Positions 21,149 to 33,907 of a stretch of DNA of 64,000 bases are shown here, piece by piece. A program made the position numbers and the translations under genes. This DNA is from Candidatus Poribacteria bacterium (lineage in GTDB: Bacteria > Poribacteria > WGA-4E > PCPOR2b), in assembly GCA_965198175.1 (NCBI GenBank), contig OZ240245.1, positions 2,496,001 to 2,560,000 of the forward strand. The letters run 5' to 3'. Each line of letters begins with the position of its first letter. Within the stretch, counting starts at the first letter, position 1. The notes under the pieces are model-generated. The model searched no databases. It saw nothing but the letters and a program-made list of their open reading frames with translations, and was not told the origin of the DNA.

Positions 21149-22891
21149 ATCCGTAACCTACTTCGTCTAAAAAAATACGTCATTCACTACCGACTTGCAA
21201 TTATCTTTAGCTTTATTCTGGTTCTTTTTACCAACGGGCTTCTGCTGGTTAGCCCCAAAATCCTGATGTTGGTCATCGATGGTCTGGAGCAATCGATAAC
21301 CCCGCGGAAGGTTTTTTTCTATGCGCTCCTCATTTTCGGAGTTGCCCTCGGCGGCGGTGGAATTCTCTTCGCGCAGCGTCGAATCGTTAATGGCGTCGCC
21401 AGACGAATCGAATACCACTTGCGCAGCGATTTCTTTACACACCTGCAGAAGCTATCCGCTGCTTACTACAACAATGTCGGTACCGGCGATTTGATGGCGC
21501 GAGCGACGAGCGACATGAATGCGGTCCGTATGGTACTAAGCAACGCAATCATGTTCACGGCAGATGGCATCGTCTTTTTTGTTATGGCATTGGTCATAAT
21601 GCTAGAAATTGATGTGACCTTGACGCTGCTTGCGGTGCTCCCCTACCCGATTCTCGCACTTCTGATTCGAGAACTGGGAAAGCGGATCTACAGAAGTTAC
21701 GAACGGATACAAGAATCGTATTCAGCGATGAACACCAAGGTGCAGGAAAACCTGTCCGGCGTGCGTGTTGTTAAAGCCTATACCCTTGAACAGAGCGAAA
21801 TAGCGAGGTTCCGGAATCTCAACGAGGAGTTTGTGAATCGCAATCGTGCGCAAATTCGTCTCATCACCGTTTTCTTCCCACTGTTCCGGTTTCTACCTGG
21901 GATTGGCGGAATTGTTCTACTCTGGTTGGGTGGAACTCATGTCATTGAAGGAAAAATTACATTTGGCGACTTTGTGTCGTTCCTTTTTTATCTAATGATA
22001 CTTGTCCGCCCGATGTTACGACTTGGTTTCGTTGTCAACGCTTTTGAACGGGGCGCTGCGTCGATGGGAAGAATTAGCCAAATCCTTGATGAACAGCCCG
22101 AGATTTGCGACGCCGACAATGTACGTCGTGACATAAAAGCGATTCAGGGCGACATAGAATTTAGAAACCTCAATTTTGACTATCCCCACGGTCCGACCGT
22201 GCTCAAACATATCAACCTGAAAATCGATAGAGGGAAAACCGTCGCCATTGTCGGACCAACAGGTTGTGGCAAAACAACGCTTGTCAATCTGCTCCCATGC
22301 ATCTACAAAGCCGGACGCGGAATGATCTTCATTGATGGCGTGGATATTCGCGACATCCCGCTGCAAGTGCTCCGGTCGAATATCGGGTTCGTTGAACAGG
22401 AACCTTTCCTCTTCTCCGGCTCGCTGCGACATAACATCGGCTACGGTGTAGATAACGTGAGTGATGTCGACGTGAAGGAAGTTGCGAGGACCACGGATCT
22501 GCTGGGACAAATCGAGGAGTTTCCCGATGGGTTAGACACCTACTTGGGTGAGCGGGGCATCACAATTTCTGGCGGTCAGAAACAGCGGACTGCGCTCGCA
22601 CGAGCCATTACAATCCATCCGAGAATCCTCATCATGGATAGCGCCTTTGCCAATGTAGACACGCATACAGAAGATACAATTTTAAATCGCTTGAAGGATG
22701 TTATGGCTAAACGAACCACCATTATCATTTCTCATCGGATTTCGACCGTCAAATCGGCGGACCTTATCGTAGTAATGAAGGATGGTGAAATTGTTGAACG
22801 CGGCACGCATGAGATACTTCTCAAACGCAATGGTGTATACGCGGGAATTTACGAAAAGCAACTGCTACAAGAAGAACTAGACACGCTTTAA
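21149..22891 (+). CDS. ABC exporter, fused permease/ATPase
   Basis: TM domain plus GPTGCGKTT, ISGGQKQR, ILIMD and SHR. The frame is open 39 codons upstream of ATG 21266, back to ATC 21149 after an SD. Confidence 0.92.
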   Translation: MRNLLRLKKYVIHYRLAIIFSFILVLFTNGLLLVSPKILMLVIDGLEQSITPRKVFFYALLIFGVALGGGGILFAQRRIVNGVARRIEYHLRSDFFTHLQKLSAAYYNNVGTGDLMARATSDMNAVRMVLSNAIMFTADGIVFFVMALVIMLEIDVTLTLLAVLPYPILALLIRELGKRIYRSYERIQESYSAMNTKVQENLSGVRVVKAYTLEQSEIARFRNLNEEFVNRNRAQIRLITVFFPLFRFLPGIGGIVLLWLGGTHVIEGKITFGDFVSFLFYLMILVRPMLRLGFVVNAFERGAASMGRISQILDEQPEICDADNVRRDIKAIQGDIEFRNLNFDYPHGPTVLKHINLKIDRGKTVAIVGPTGCGKTTLVNLLPCIYKAGRGMIFIDGVDIRDIPLQVLRSNIGFVEQEPFLFSGSLRHNIGYGVDNVSDVDVKEVARTTDLLGQIEEFPDGLDTYLGERGITISGGQKQRTALARAITIHPRILIMDSAFANVDTHTEDTILNRLKDVMAKRTTIIISHRISTVKSADLIVVMKDGEIVERGTHEILLKRNGVYAGIYEKQLLQEELDTL

Positions 22892-22892
22892 T
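22690..22892 (+). repeat. Direct repeat copy 1 (ABC gene 3' end)
   Basis: Aligns by eye with 24326-24520. Confidence 0.9.
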
Positions 22893-23043
22893 CGGAATGC
22901 ACGGATTCGAAGGGATTCCGCATCGTTGCAACGGGAAAACCCCAATCTATCTGTGTTTTTGGGGCTGGCAAGTGTAAGCAGAATTGAATGGTCAGGATCA
23001 TACGTCAGCGATGCGGAAGTTGATTATTGCGGCGCGGTGCAGG

Positions 23044-24078
23044 TTATCCTATTGGCGAATACTCAACCCGCAAGTTGTCTCGGGCGTATCCAAAGTGGGA
23101 AATTACCTTGTATGCCCGTTCCTTCACTTGCTTCGCACCTCCGTGGATGTTGACATAGATACGACTCTCGTTGACTTTGTAGTGTGCCTGAAAATCGTTA
23201 GGATTTCTCGAAAAATAAACTGCGCCGTTGGACCCCTTGCAATCTAATGCGGCTGCTTCAAATCTATCCTTATGTTTTGTGTGTAATATATTGCACAATT
23301 CCCTCAACACACTTCTCCAAGATTCTACCGAGTACGAGTCTTTAAGAAATGTAAAACTTTGAGGTCTCGTGCCGGTTACATCGTCTGATTCTGGCGCCTC
23401 ACTTGAGGTGTTGACAGGTGGTTCAGGAACTGCCGCTTCGGGCGCCGTCTGATTGTCTACCGGTGACAGGAACTGTTCGACTTCGTTCGTGTTCGGTCTG
23501 TAGCCGCATAGCTCCTCCGTCTCGCCTATGAGACGAACCACTATTTCGGGCCTCACTGCCTCCCATGCTCTGGGTAGGTTCTCCAAAATCCGACGGTACC
23601 TGAGAAGTGTTTCTGCGCTTTGGGTGTTCTCCCCGGATATTACATTCTCTTTGCTCAAGAGGGATATGAGTCGTTGAGGCAACTCTGGTTCATTAATGTC
23701 TACTGCGGCAAATTTTCGGTTTTCCCAACTCCCCTCGCTAAGCGGAAGATAGAACCACCAGGCTGTGCCATTGGTGAGTACAGCCATGGCAACCCCTAGC
23801 CGAAAAGCGTAATTCAGAAGCTGTTCCTGATGTCCGTCAAGTGGCTCGTCCTCTTTCTTCGCTTCGATAAACACCTTCGCAGTCTGATTGTGTGATAACG
23901 CATAGTCTACCCCACCACCCACATTGTATTCCGTTACTACTTCATCATCAGACTCATCATTCCAACCCAAAGGGTGAAGTACCGGAATAATTAGACCCAG
24001 ACACACGATGGCTTCGCTTCGATTCGTTAGGTCATTCGAGCGCCATTTCGCTATAACTCTCCGAATTTCTTCTAACAT
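23044..24078 (-). CDS. HsdR_N-like PD-(D/E)XK nuclease fused to a C-terminal SeqA-like domain
   Basis: LGW, EY, VDYAL, FIEAK, QLLNYA, LTNG-W. Pro/Glu linker, then a C-terminal domain with FEAAA..G..VYFS. Confidence 0.7.
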   Translation of the reverse strand: MLEEIRRVIAKWRSNDLTNRSEAIVCLGLIIPVLHPLGWNDESDDEVVTEYNVGGGVDYALSHNQTAKVFIEAKKEDEPLDGHQEQLLNYAFRLGVAMAVLTNGTAWWFYLPLSEGSWENRKFAAVDINEPELPQRLISLLSKENVISGENTQSAETLLRYRRILENLPRAWEAVRPEIVVRLIGETEELCGYRPNTNEVEQFLSPVDNQTAPEAAVPEPPVNTSSEAPESDDVTGTRPQSFTFLKDSYSVESWRSVLRELCNILHTKHKDRFEAAALDCKGSNGAVYFSRNPNDFQAHYKVNESRIYVNIHGGAKQVKERAYKVISHFGYARDNLRVEYSPIG

Positions 24079-24145
24079 AAGCATTCTCCACATCAACACG
24101 ACAACTGTCACATCGACCCGTGCGTTTAGAATCGCTGAAGTTTTT

Positions 24146-24312
24146 GTAGGTTGGGTTAAGCGGGTTACACCGAATTCATTTCTATGGAGAATTGCCGTTC
24201 CGAATACCGAACCAACGTTATTTGCAACATGCGCGTAGCGTAACCCAACGCTTTTCTGTCGTCCGGAGTTCTCAAAAGAGTTGGGTTTCGCCGTAGGCTA
24301 AACCCAACCTAC
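24146..24312. repeat. REP/REPIN-like element with GTAG ends
   Basis: GTAGGTTGGGTT ... AACCCAACCTAC inverted termini, with internal AACCCAAC/GTTGGGTT. Confidence 0.7.
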
Positions 24313-24325
24313 AAGAACTAAAGCC

Positions 24326-24520
24326 CTTGAAGGATGTTATGGCTGAACGAACTACCATCATCATTTCCCACCGAGTCTCCAACGTCAAATCTCATCGTCG
24401 TAATGAAGGATGGTGAGATTGTTGAGCGGGGCACGCATGAGGTACTTCTCAATCGTAACGGAGTTTACGCGGGAATTTACGAAAAGCAACTGCTGCAAGA
24501 AGAACTAGATACACTTTAAT
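24326..24520 (+). pseudogene. Displaced duplicate of the ABC transporter 3' end
   Basis: Encodes ...[41 protein letters not shown]. Carries an 8-bp deletion relative to the intact gene. Confidence 0.88.
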
Positions 24521-24619
24521 GTGATGTTCTCCCCTTAACAACTTACTATTACCCACAAGTCCGGAATATTGCACGAGGCGGACACTCGCAAGTTAAGCAC
24601 AGGACATTTACGCACAGTA

Positions 24620-24754
24620 ACATACCGCTTCGCTGGAGCGAAACCCTTCTAACCGCATCACACCCACAAATATAACAATGTCTTGCACTCCAGCGGAGTG
24701 CGATGTCTATAGCCAAGACGTGCCCGAGTCACCCGCTCCAGCGGAGCGGTATGT
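24620..24754. repeat. Palindromic REP-like cluster
   Basis: ACATACCGCTTCGCTGGAGCG and CGCTCCAGCGGAGCGGTATGT form an inverted pair, with an internal GCACTCCAGCGGAGTGC unit. Confidence 0.65.
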
Positions 24755-24965
24755 GGATATCTGCGATAATTCGCTCTTTCCAAGAAAGCATGATACCCTC
24801 TCATTAGAGATATGTGTAATAGTAAGCTTAACAAGAGGGGGTTAGAGGGGTTGCGGTACAAAGTACTCGCGGCGGTGGTTCGCCATGAGCACATTGAAAA
24901 TTGAACTCGACGACTAGAGCTGAGAAACACAATACCTCGCGTTTCAAGTTGCGCAACCGTCCGCG

Positions 24966-25874
24966 TTAGTCGGGAAGCTCATAATCCCACGTTTGCGTCC
25001 AGTTCGGCAGATAGCCTTCGGTCTTCTCAAATCCATAAGACCTGGCAATTTGGCGGGAGTGCACATGGGGCCACGCTTGCCCACCAATTATCCGAAATTC
25101 GTCCCCCTTGCCGCATAACCAGTATAACATGTGCGCAATGTATCTGGAAAGCTGATGACCTCCATAATAAGTCGTTTGAAAGTCAAAGTCCGGCTCAATA
25201 ATCCAATCCCTTGTTGGAGGCACCGTTCGCCAATAATTGTATTTCAGCATATGACGCGTCCCCTTCGCCGTGGATTCGCCTTTGCGATGCAAAATACTTT
25301 GGTGATGGATGATAAGTGAACCCGCCGGGCCAGCGGTCGCAATCCCCTTATCCCCGGCATGCCACGGTTGCGGGCGGAGATGCGACTCCGGCACAATCCC
25401 AGTGGGGCCTAGTTCGACTGGGGTGTCTTGCGGATAGTAGAAGACTTCGACAAAATTGACCTCCGGCCCAAATATACAATCGTGATCTTGATGCCAATTC
25501 TGGGGTGGCCCCGGACATTCAGTTCGGTGATGACTAATTAAAATTGGCAACCCGATGTGCCTCCCCAGTAGTGACCGCAATATACCTGCAACCTGTGGAT
25601 TGAGGGTGACGTGTTCAATAAACCAATCTTCAAGCAAAAGTGTGCTATTCGTCGCACTGCGAATTCGATCTAAATCCTGAGTTGACATTCCCTCAGGAAT
25701 GTAACTCGGGTTAGCCGGTAGCCTTCCTTCCAGATACTCAATAGCCCTACGATTAATTTCATCGGGGACAACGCCTTCCAGAATCAGATACCCAGACCGG
25801 CAAAATTCGAGCACCTGTGAGTCAGTTAGTGTTGGCTCACAGTCAAATGTCCTGTTTTCTTTATCGTATTTCAT
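24966..25874 (-). CDS. PhyH-family Fe/2OG dioxygenase
   Basis: FCRSGYL, WHQD, PESH, AGS..ILHR. Confidence 0.85.
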   Translation of the reverse strand: MKYDKENRTFDCEPTLTDSQVLEFCRSGYLILEGVVPDEINRRAIEYLEGRLPANPSYIPEGMSTQDLDRIRSATNSTLLLEDWFIEHVTLNPQVAGILRSLLGRHIGLPILISHHRTECPGPPQNWHQDHDCIFGPEVNFVEVFYYPQDTPVELGPTGIVPESHLRPQPWHAGDKGIATAGPAGSLIIHHQSILHRKGESTAKGTRHMLKYNYWRTVPPTRDWIIEPDFDFQTTYYGGHQLSRYIAHMLYWLCGKGDEFRIIGGQAWPHVHSRQIARSYGFEKTEGYLPNWTQTWDYELPD

Positions 25875-26006
25875 CTTGGATTACCTCCATGGTTGTGAAA
25901 TATCTTGGATGGTGTACTATCACTAAAAATGTAGTCTGCTCCCACATCTATGCTTAGGTTATAGGTAATACGAAGGATATCTACAAGCCCTTCGAAATGT
26001 AGTCTC

Positions 26007-27620
26007 TCATAAGCTAAATTCCCACAAATAACGCAGTTGGCATTCCAGTTCATCGCTCTGTTTACGAACTCCGCTTTGATGACCTTTATTTCGCGTGATG
26101 GCATGCTGATAAGCGATGTCCAACTGCCATGAGCGGATCGGTTCATAAACCAGCCGAAATCCCGCACCGTCCCTGCGCTCGACCACACCGGAAGGAAACG
26201 GAATCGAATCGGAATCTTCATTTCGAAAGCGATTTTCAACACCGGCTTCGCCCTGACGCTCGAATTCGTAGAAGAGAGCGAAGAAGGCATCAGGGTTGAT
26301 TAGGTACCCTCCCTCTAGATAAAAGGTATCCGCGTCTGTGCCAATGCGATGCCCGATAATCGATCCGAAATGCGTGAATTGGTTTTCTTGTACAAGGTGT
26401 GTATACGCCCAGCGGCTCACGCGAGCATACTCGGCGCGAATGCTCAGTTTTTTCGATGCAAGCAGGCAATTACATTCCAACCCTGCTAACCAAGCAACAG
26501 CGTTCGGATCATTGGTATTCGCATACTGAAAATCGTCAATCAGCCATTCACCGTACAATCGAGCCCCATCAACGGGGCGAATCGACCCTTCGAACAAGAA
26601 CATCACATTGTCGTCGGTGTCGGAATTGTACTGGCTCGCGTAGTAGGGCAGAATCGGATTAAGGTACTGCCATTCAACACCTCTTGAATTACCGCCATAC
26701 AGAATCAACTCAGAAATGCCGACTTCAATTCGGTCGCTCACCTGCCAATCCAGCCGATGTCCAGCGAGATACCGATTCGCAAGGTACCGCCGCGCTGGAC
26801 CGTCCTGATCATGCCATATCCGATCCAACTGCGCTGTGAACGCCGATCCCTTGACTTGCCCAAATTGTCCTGTCAACAGTATGAGGTCAAACGGCGGTGA
26901 GTTGTCAGAAATTCCAACCGCACCCCGAAATCCCGTACCCCAAAAGATTTGGTCTCGCCCAATTAAGACATCAAATTTAGAAACCGGGAAACGTAAGTAG
27001 ACTCGTTTAAAGTCCGCAGTATAACCGCTGTGCCACGCATTTAAGCGTTTGGAGGCTGATATTGTTTCAGTGCGATATTTTTCCGGAAATTTCCCGACCT
27101 CGAATTCTTGATAGAGCGTTATCCGCCTGTCCACATCATAATAAAACGCGCCCTCGTACGCTGGTGAAATCTTTGAATCCGATTTTGGCGTGCGCAACTG
27201 CACCGTACCACGCATACGAAACCGATGCCCCCGTTCCACACCTGATAAGATGGCGAGTTCCCGCTCAAACTCACGTTTTAACTTATCAAGCAGATGTACG
27301 TGAATCTGCGCCGGCTTCACACGCCCGGTGGCAATTCGATCCTCCGCTTGACGAATCGCTATAGCAACCTCCCAGCGCGTCCGGGGTCGCGTATGCCGAT
27401 GGAAACCGCCTGTCACCCCATCGGTTTCCAATTTTTCCAGCGCGAAGTCTACCCAACGGTCAAAATGAAGCGTTACGTTCGGAAGGGCGTACGTAAATTT
27501 CGCTGCGAGGAAAGTGCTAACACACCAAAGAATCAGACACCAAAAAATCGGGAGTGCTCTAACGCCGAAAAACTGTTTTTGACGTGTGAAGCATTGGAGT
27601 GAAGAACGAAGCGGTTTCAT
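26007..27620 (-). CDS. Capsule assembly Wzi-family outer-membrane protein
   Basis: Signal region, GRDQIFWG, ISDNSPPFD, AGHRL, DN, YGEWLIDD. Aromatic beta-barrel-like C-terminus. Confidence 0.7.
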   Translation of the reverse strand: MKPLRSSLQCFTRQKQFFGVRALPIFWCLILWCVSTFLAAKFTYALPNVTLHFDRWVDFALEKLETDGVTGGFHRHTRPRTRWEVAIAIRQAEDRIATGRVKPAQIHVHLLDKLKREFERELAILSGVERGHRFRMRGTVQLRTPKSDSKISPAYEGAFYYDVDRRITLYQEFEVGKFPEKYRTETISASKRLNAWHSGYTADFKRVYLRFPVSKFDVLIGRDQIFWGTGFRGAVGISDNSPPFDLILLTGQFGQVKGSAFTAQLDRIWHDQDGPARRYLANRYLAGHRLDWQVSDRIEVGISELILYGGNSRGVEWQYLNPILPYYASQYNSDTDDNVMFLFEGSIRPVDGARLYGEWLIDDFQYANTNDPNAVAWLAGLECNCLLASKKLSIRAEYARVSRWAYTHLVQENQFTHFGSIIGHRIGTDADTFYLEGGYLINPDAFFALFYEFERQGEAGVENRFRNEDSDSIPFPSGVVERRDGAGFRLVYEPIRSWQLDIAYQHAITRNKGHQSGVRKQSDELECQLRYLWEFSL

Positions 27621-27725
27621 CGCATAACAGCTTAATCGAATTCTGAATAAAAGTCAAACACGAATTTCACCCGAAATCTGCCGTTCAATTTTGCCTGTCA
27701 GATCTCAGACCTCGCACACCCAACT

Positions 27726-30122
27726 TCAGTTGTCTCCTGAGAGGTTCAGCTTTTTGACCGTGATTGTCGTGTATTGTTCTTCGCCCTCTACAATCTGGAT
27801 AGACTGATTCGAGGGAACATTGTGGAATATCTGCGTAACGTCGGCGGTTGGCCAGAAAATTTCTAGGCGCTCAATCTTTGAGGCATTGCCCAAGCCGATA
27901 GTTTGCCGTAGCGGATTCGCCCCAAAGGTGCCGCCGCTGTTGACGTGCTTGTAGATGGAGCGCCGCGACCCGTTGTTGACGACTTCCGCACGGATGCGCG
28001 CGCCGATTGCCGAGCGGTTCGAGCGAACGCCGATGAGTCTAACGGTAATCCAATGATTGCCGAAGCCCGGATTTTCATATAAGACGTTGTTGTACGCGTC
28101 GCCCGGCAGCGCGCCGCCCATCTGCTCGAAGATATCCTGATCACCGTCGTTGTCGAGATCAGCGAAGACCGCGCCGTGTCCTTTCTGCAAGTGGCTGAAC
28201 CCGCCGGCAACACTCACATCTGCGAACCGCTTCCCGCCCTGATTCCGGCACATGACGTTCGGCATGATATTCTCATAGTCCGGATATCCGGTGCCGAGGT
28301 AAAAATCGAGGTAGCCATCGCTGTCCAAGTCGCCGAAGTTAGAACCCATCGGCGCCGTGGGGCGTATCAGGTTATATTGCCGTGCGACTTCCTCAAAACC
28401 CCCGACCCCATTCCCGCGGTAAAGACGAGCCAACTCGGTTTCCACAGGTATATCAAGCCAACTCGCCGCGAGGTGCTCAATGTTAGCAGAATATGCCGAC
28501 ACATACAGATCTAGTGTCCCGTCATTGTCAAAATCCCAAAACCAGGCGGGAAAGCTGACCTCCGGAAGGTCAACCTTTAGTTTTCTAGCGGTATTCGTGA
28601 ATGTGCCGTCACCGTTGTTGTGATACAAACGGTTGCCGCCTTTGTAATTGGATACGTATAAATCAAGCCAGCGATCGCCGTCGTAGTCGCCCCAGATCGC
28701 CGATTTGGAAAAACGATAGTTTTGTACGCCCGCCTTCGCAGCCACATCGGTAAATGTCCCATCTCCGTTGTTGCGGAACAGCTGGCATGGCGCACGCAGC
28801 GCCTTTGAAGATTCGTTACCAATGTATAGGTCGAGATAGCCGTCATTGTCGTAATCGCCCCACGACGCCGTCCCACTCGGATAATGCCTCTCGCCCAGAC
28901 CGGCATCGAAAGTGACATCCGTGAATGCGGCGTCCCCGTTATTGCGCAGCAAGGAGTTCGGATGTTGGCCTTCATCCTCAATCCATGCGCCTCGCAGTAC
29001 GAGGATATCGGTGTCCCCATCGTTGTCATAGTCCGCTTGAACCATGTTCAACCCGCCATATATGCCTGCCAGCCCGGCTGCCTCAGTCCGTTCCGAGAAA
29101 GTCCCGTCCTGATTGTTTCTGAACAAGCGGATCTGCCCGTCGGTGTCCCATGTCGATGTTATTATGTCGAGGTAGTCATCATTGTCAAAATCGTCGACAA
29201 TCACGCCGCCTGACAAATCGAACGTATCAAGCCCCAATCTCGGCGCAATATTCGCGAAACGCGGTATTTCTTCCTCTGATTCGAAGGCTTTCGGCGGAAT
29301 AAGATAAGACTTGGGCACCCGATCAGGGTAACCCCCAATAGTCATATACGCAATGTTAATCAACCATTGGGATCCCAGATGAAGAGAATCGTGTTTTGGC
29401 GTTCTTTGAAGCACCTCGCTGAAAAATTCGATTGCTTTTTGGGAAGACTCTTGCTGTGTATGAATCCCGCCGTCTCGTAAAGGTAAAATGCAGCTCTCCG
29501 GTCTGTTGCGCAGGCAGCAGTTCTGTGTTTCGCCGCGCCGCATGTACGCGACACCAAGTCGATAGTGATTTAGATTTAATACCTCCACCGGAACCGCCTC
29601 CTGATGTGTCCGGGTGAGGTGAAGCGCGCGCTCGAGATAGTCAATTCCTTCTAGTTCATTCCCCAAGCGGAGTAATTCGTGTCCTAATTGCATATAAGCC
29701 ATCCATGTCGTCCGATCGGACGTTTCGGTAGGCAACTCGGCAAGCCGCTTGCGAAGCGTGCGTGCCTTTGCATCTCCGAGGAAGGAGTTCTCGTCCGATG
29801 TTGCATCCGCAATCTCTTGTAGCAATCTCAGCATCCGTTCGTGCCCTGACGTTGCTATAGGTGACACTGTCTCTGCGGGCGCTGATGCCTCTGCTGTCGA
29901 ACCTACGGATTTTGCACCCGTAACGCTGAACAAGTTGTCGTCTGCCGTAGACACCACCGCACCGGCGCCTACCATCCCGATGATAATCAGAACGCCTAAG
30001 TAAATTGAAATTAGGTTTGTCGCCTTGCGGATTTCCGAATTCTGGGGGTTGGCAATCTGCTCGCGGTGCTTACATTTCTCCTTGTCATCGCAAGGACACA
30101 GACAGTTGTTGTTAGTTTTCAT
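27726..30122 (-). CDS. CRTAC1-family protein (TPR-like region, FG-GAP repeats, ASPIC/UnbV)
   Basis: Repeated D(F/Y)DNDGxxD and NGDGTF. C-terminal AIGARI..GLG..IFWP. SD GGAAAGG before ATG 30122. Confidence 0.88.
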   Translation of the reverse strand: MKTNNNCLCPCDDKEKCKHREQIANPQNSEIRKATNLISIYLGVLIIIGMVGAGAVVSTADDNLFSVTGAKSVGSTAEASAPAETVSPIATSGHERMLRLLQEIADATSDENSFLGDAKARTLRKRLAELPTETSDRTTWMAYMQLGHELLRLGNELEGIDYLERALHLTRTHQEAVPVEVLNLNHYRLGVAYMRRGETQNCCLRNRPESCILPLRDGGIHTQQESSQKAIEFFSEVLQRTPKHDSLHLGSQWLINIAYMTIGGYPDRVPKSYLIPPKAFESEEEIPRFANIAPRLGLDTFDLSGGVIVDDFDNDDYLDIITSTWDTDGQIRLFRNNQDGTFSERTEAAGLAGIYGGLNMVQADYDNDGDTDILVLRGAWIEDEGQHPNSLLRNNGDAAFTDVTFDAGLGERHYPSGTASWGDYDNDGYLDLYIGNESSKALRAPCQLFRNNGDGTFTDVAAKAGVQNYRFSKSAIWGDYDGDRWLDLYVSNYKGGNRLYHNNGDGTFTNTARKLKVDLPEVSFPAWFWDFDNDGTLDLYVSAYSANIEHLAASWLDIPVETELARLYRGNGVGGFEEVARQYNLIRPTAPMGSNFGDLDSDGYLDFYLGTGYPDYENIMPNVMCRNQGGKRFADVSVAGGFSHLQKGHGAVFADLDNDGDQDIFEQMGGALPGDAYNNVLYENPGFGNHWITVRLIGVRSNRSAIGARIRAEVVNNGSRRSIYKHVNSGGTFGANPLRQTIGLGNASKIERLEIFWPTADVTQIFHNVPSNQSIQIVEGEEQYTTITVKKLNLSGDN

Positions 30123-30234
30123 GAGTTTTCCTTTCCCGGGCACAAAGTCCGAAGCTAACGCTTTGGCTCACGGTTTAATCTCTCGATTTGCTGAATCGAG
30201 GCTAGACGCCCAACAAAGCGCATTGGATTGGAGA

Positions 30235-32646
<2,412 letters not shown>

Positions 32647-32717
32647 CGTAACAGCATTTGAATTTCCCCATGATTTTCCTTCAGTTCAAGTTGCTTGAAG
32701 GCTTATTCAGAGTTGAT

Positions 32718-32746
32718 ATTATACGTGGAAAGCCGCCCTTTTTCAA
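32718..32746 (-). promoter_or_regulatory. Sigma70-like promoter for the CRTAC1 pair
   Basis: TTGAAA-N17-TATAAT on the minus strand. Confidence 0.6.
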
Positions 32747-32787
32747 CAAAAACGTGGGGTTTCATATTTCTTCAGCGGAGATTATTG

Positions 32788-32816
32788 TTGACTGGAACGT
32801 AAGAAACAGGTAGAAT
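32788..32816 (+). promoter_or_regulatory. Sigma70-like promoter for the isochorismatase-family gene
   Basis: TTGACT-N17-TAGAAT, divergent from the previous promoter. Confidence 0.6.
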
Positions 32817-32919
32817 GACTCAAGCATACCTCCAAAGTAGGCGGTGAAAAGTGCTAGCATTTAACGGACAGTTTGATTTCTGATGAAAACCCTTGTTTTG
32901 TAAGTAAGGAGCCACAGTT

Positions 32920-33633
32920 ATGAGTGAATCATTCTTTGGTCCGGATGTTGGGTTTGGCACACCCGAATTGCAATTGCCCGAGCGTCTACGGCAGCCGCTA
33001 CGCGAATATCTTGAGAAACTGCGCGAGCAGTATGTAGCGATGAACTGGGCACGTCGAGTCGGCTTCGGGATGCGCCCGGCGGTAGTGGTGATTGACCTGG
33101 CTCTGTTTTGGACGCAACCGGACACGCAGATGGGCAGCCATATCGACCCAGTGGTGGAGGCCACATGCCGCATTTTGGAATCTGCGCGGCAATCCCAGGT
33201 TCCCATCTTCTTTTCGACCTACAACTTCGACCCCGATGAGTTGCCAGGGCTGCGACCGAAGAAGGCGCAGTTTGACCTCAAGTCCGAAGACGCGTCACTA
33301 TTTGATCTGGATCCAAGATTGGGCCGACGCCCAAACGAGAAGCTCCTACGCAAGCAGTCGGCCTCGTGTTTCAAGGGGACACCCCTTCGGGCGATGCTCA
33401 CTGCCCTGAACGTGGATACATTGATTGTCACCGGCGTGAGTACCAGTCATTGTGTGTATGCCACTTGCCGCGATGCCTGCGACAGCTTGCGAGTCATTAT
33501 CCCGCGCGAGGCGGTCGGCGAACGCTGTCAGATCATGCATTGGGTGAATCTGTTAGATTTGGACATTGATGTGGGCGATGTAGTGCCGGCGGACGCGGTA
33601 CTTGCTTATCTCAACGAACTGCTGTCGAACTGA
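32920..33633 (+). CDS. Isochorismatase-family cysteine hydrolase
   Basis: VVID, K..SCF.GT, TGVSTSHCV: a D-K-C triad. Confidence 0.88.
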   Translation: MSESFFGPDVGFGTPELQLPERLRQPLREYLEKLREQYVAMNWARRVGFGMRPAVVVIDLALFWTQPDTQMGSHIDPVVEATCRILESARQSQVPIFFSTYNFDPDELPGLRPKKAQFDLKSEDASLFDLDPRLGRRPNEKLLRKQSASCFKGTPLRAMLTALNVDTLIVTGVSTSHCVYATCRDACDSLRVIIPREAVGERCQIMHWVNLLDLDIDVGDVVPADAVLAYLNELLSN

Positions 33634-33907
33634 CAACGGCCATTTCCAAATCCCGATGGCGAAACAACTATAAACAACCATCCACTTGACGGAAGGTCGT
33701 TATCCAAAGCGTATTTCTATGTTTTTTTGCAATGTTGTCCGGTGTATAGATATGATATTAGCGTGAGTTTGGTGCGAGTCCGTCCATAAGAGCAGATGAG
33801 CACGCGCTCTGGCTTTCTAGCCTGCCTTCATTGCCAAACCGCACCTGAGATGTTATGTCGAACTAGAGATAAAAAAATGTACCAACAAACGGGGGGCAAC
33901 AATAAAA

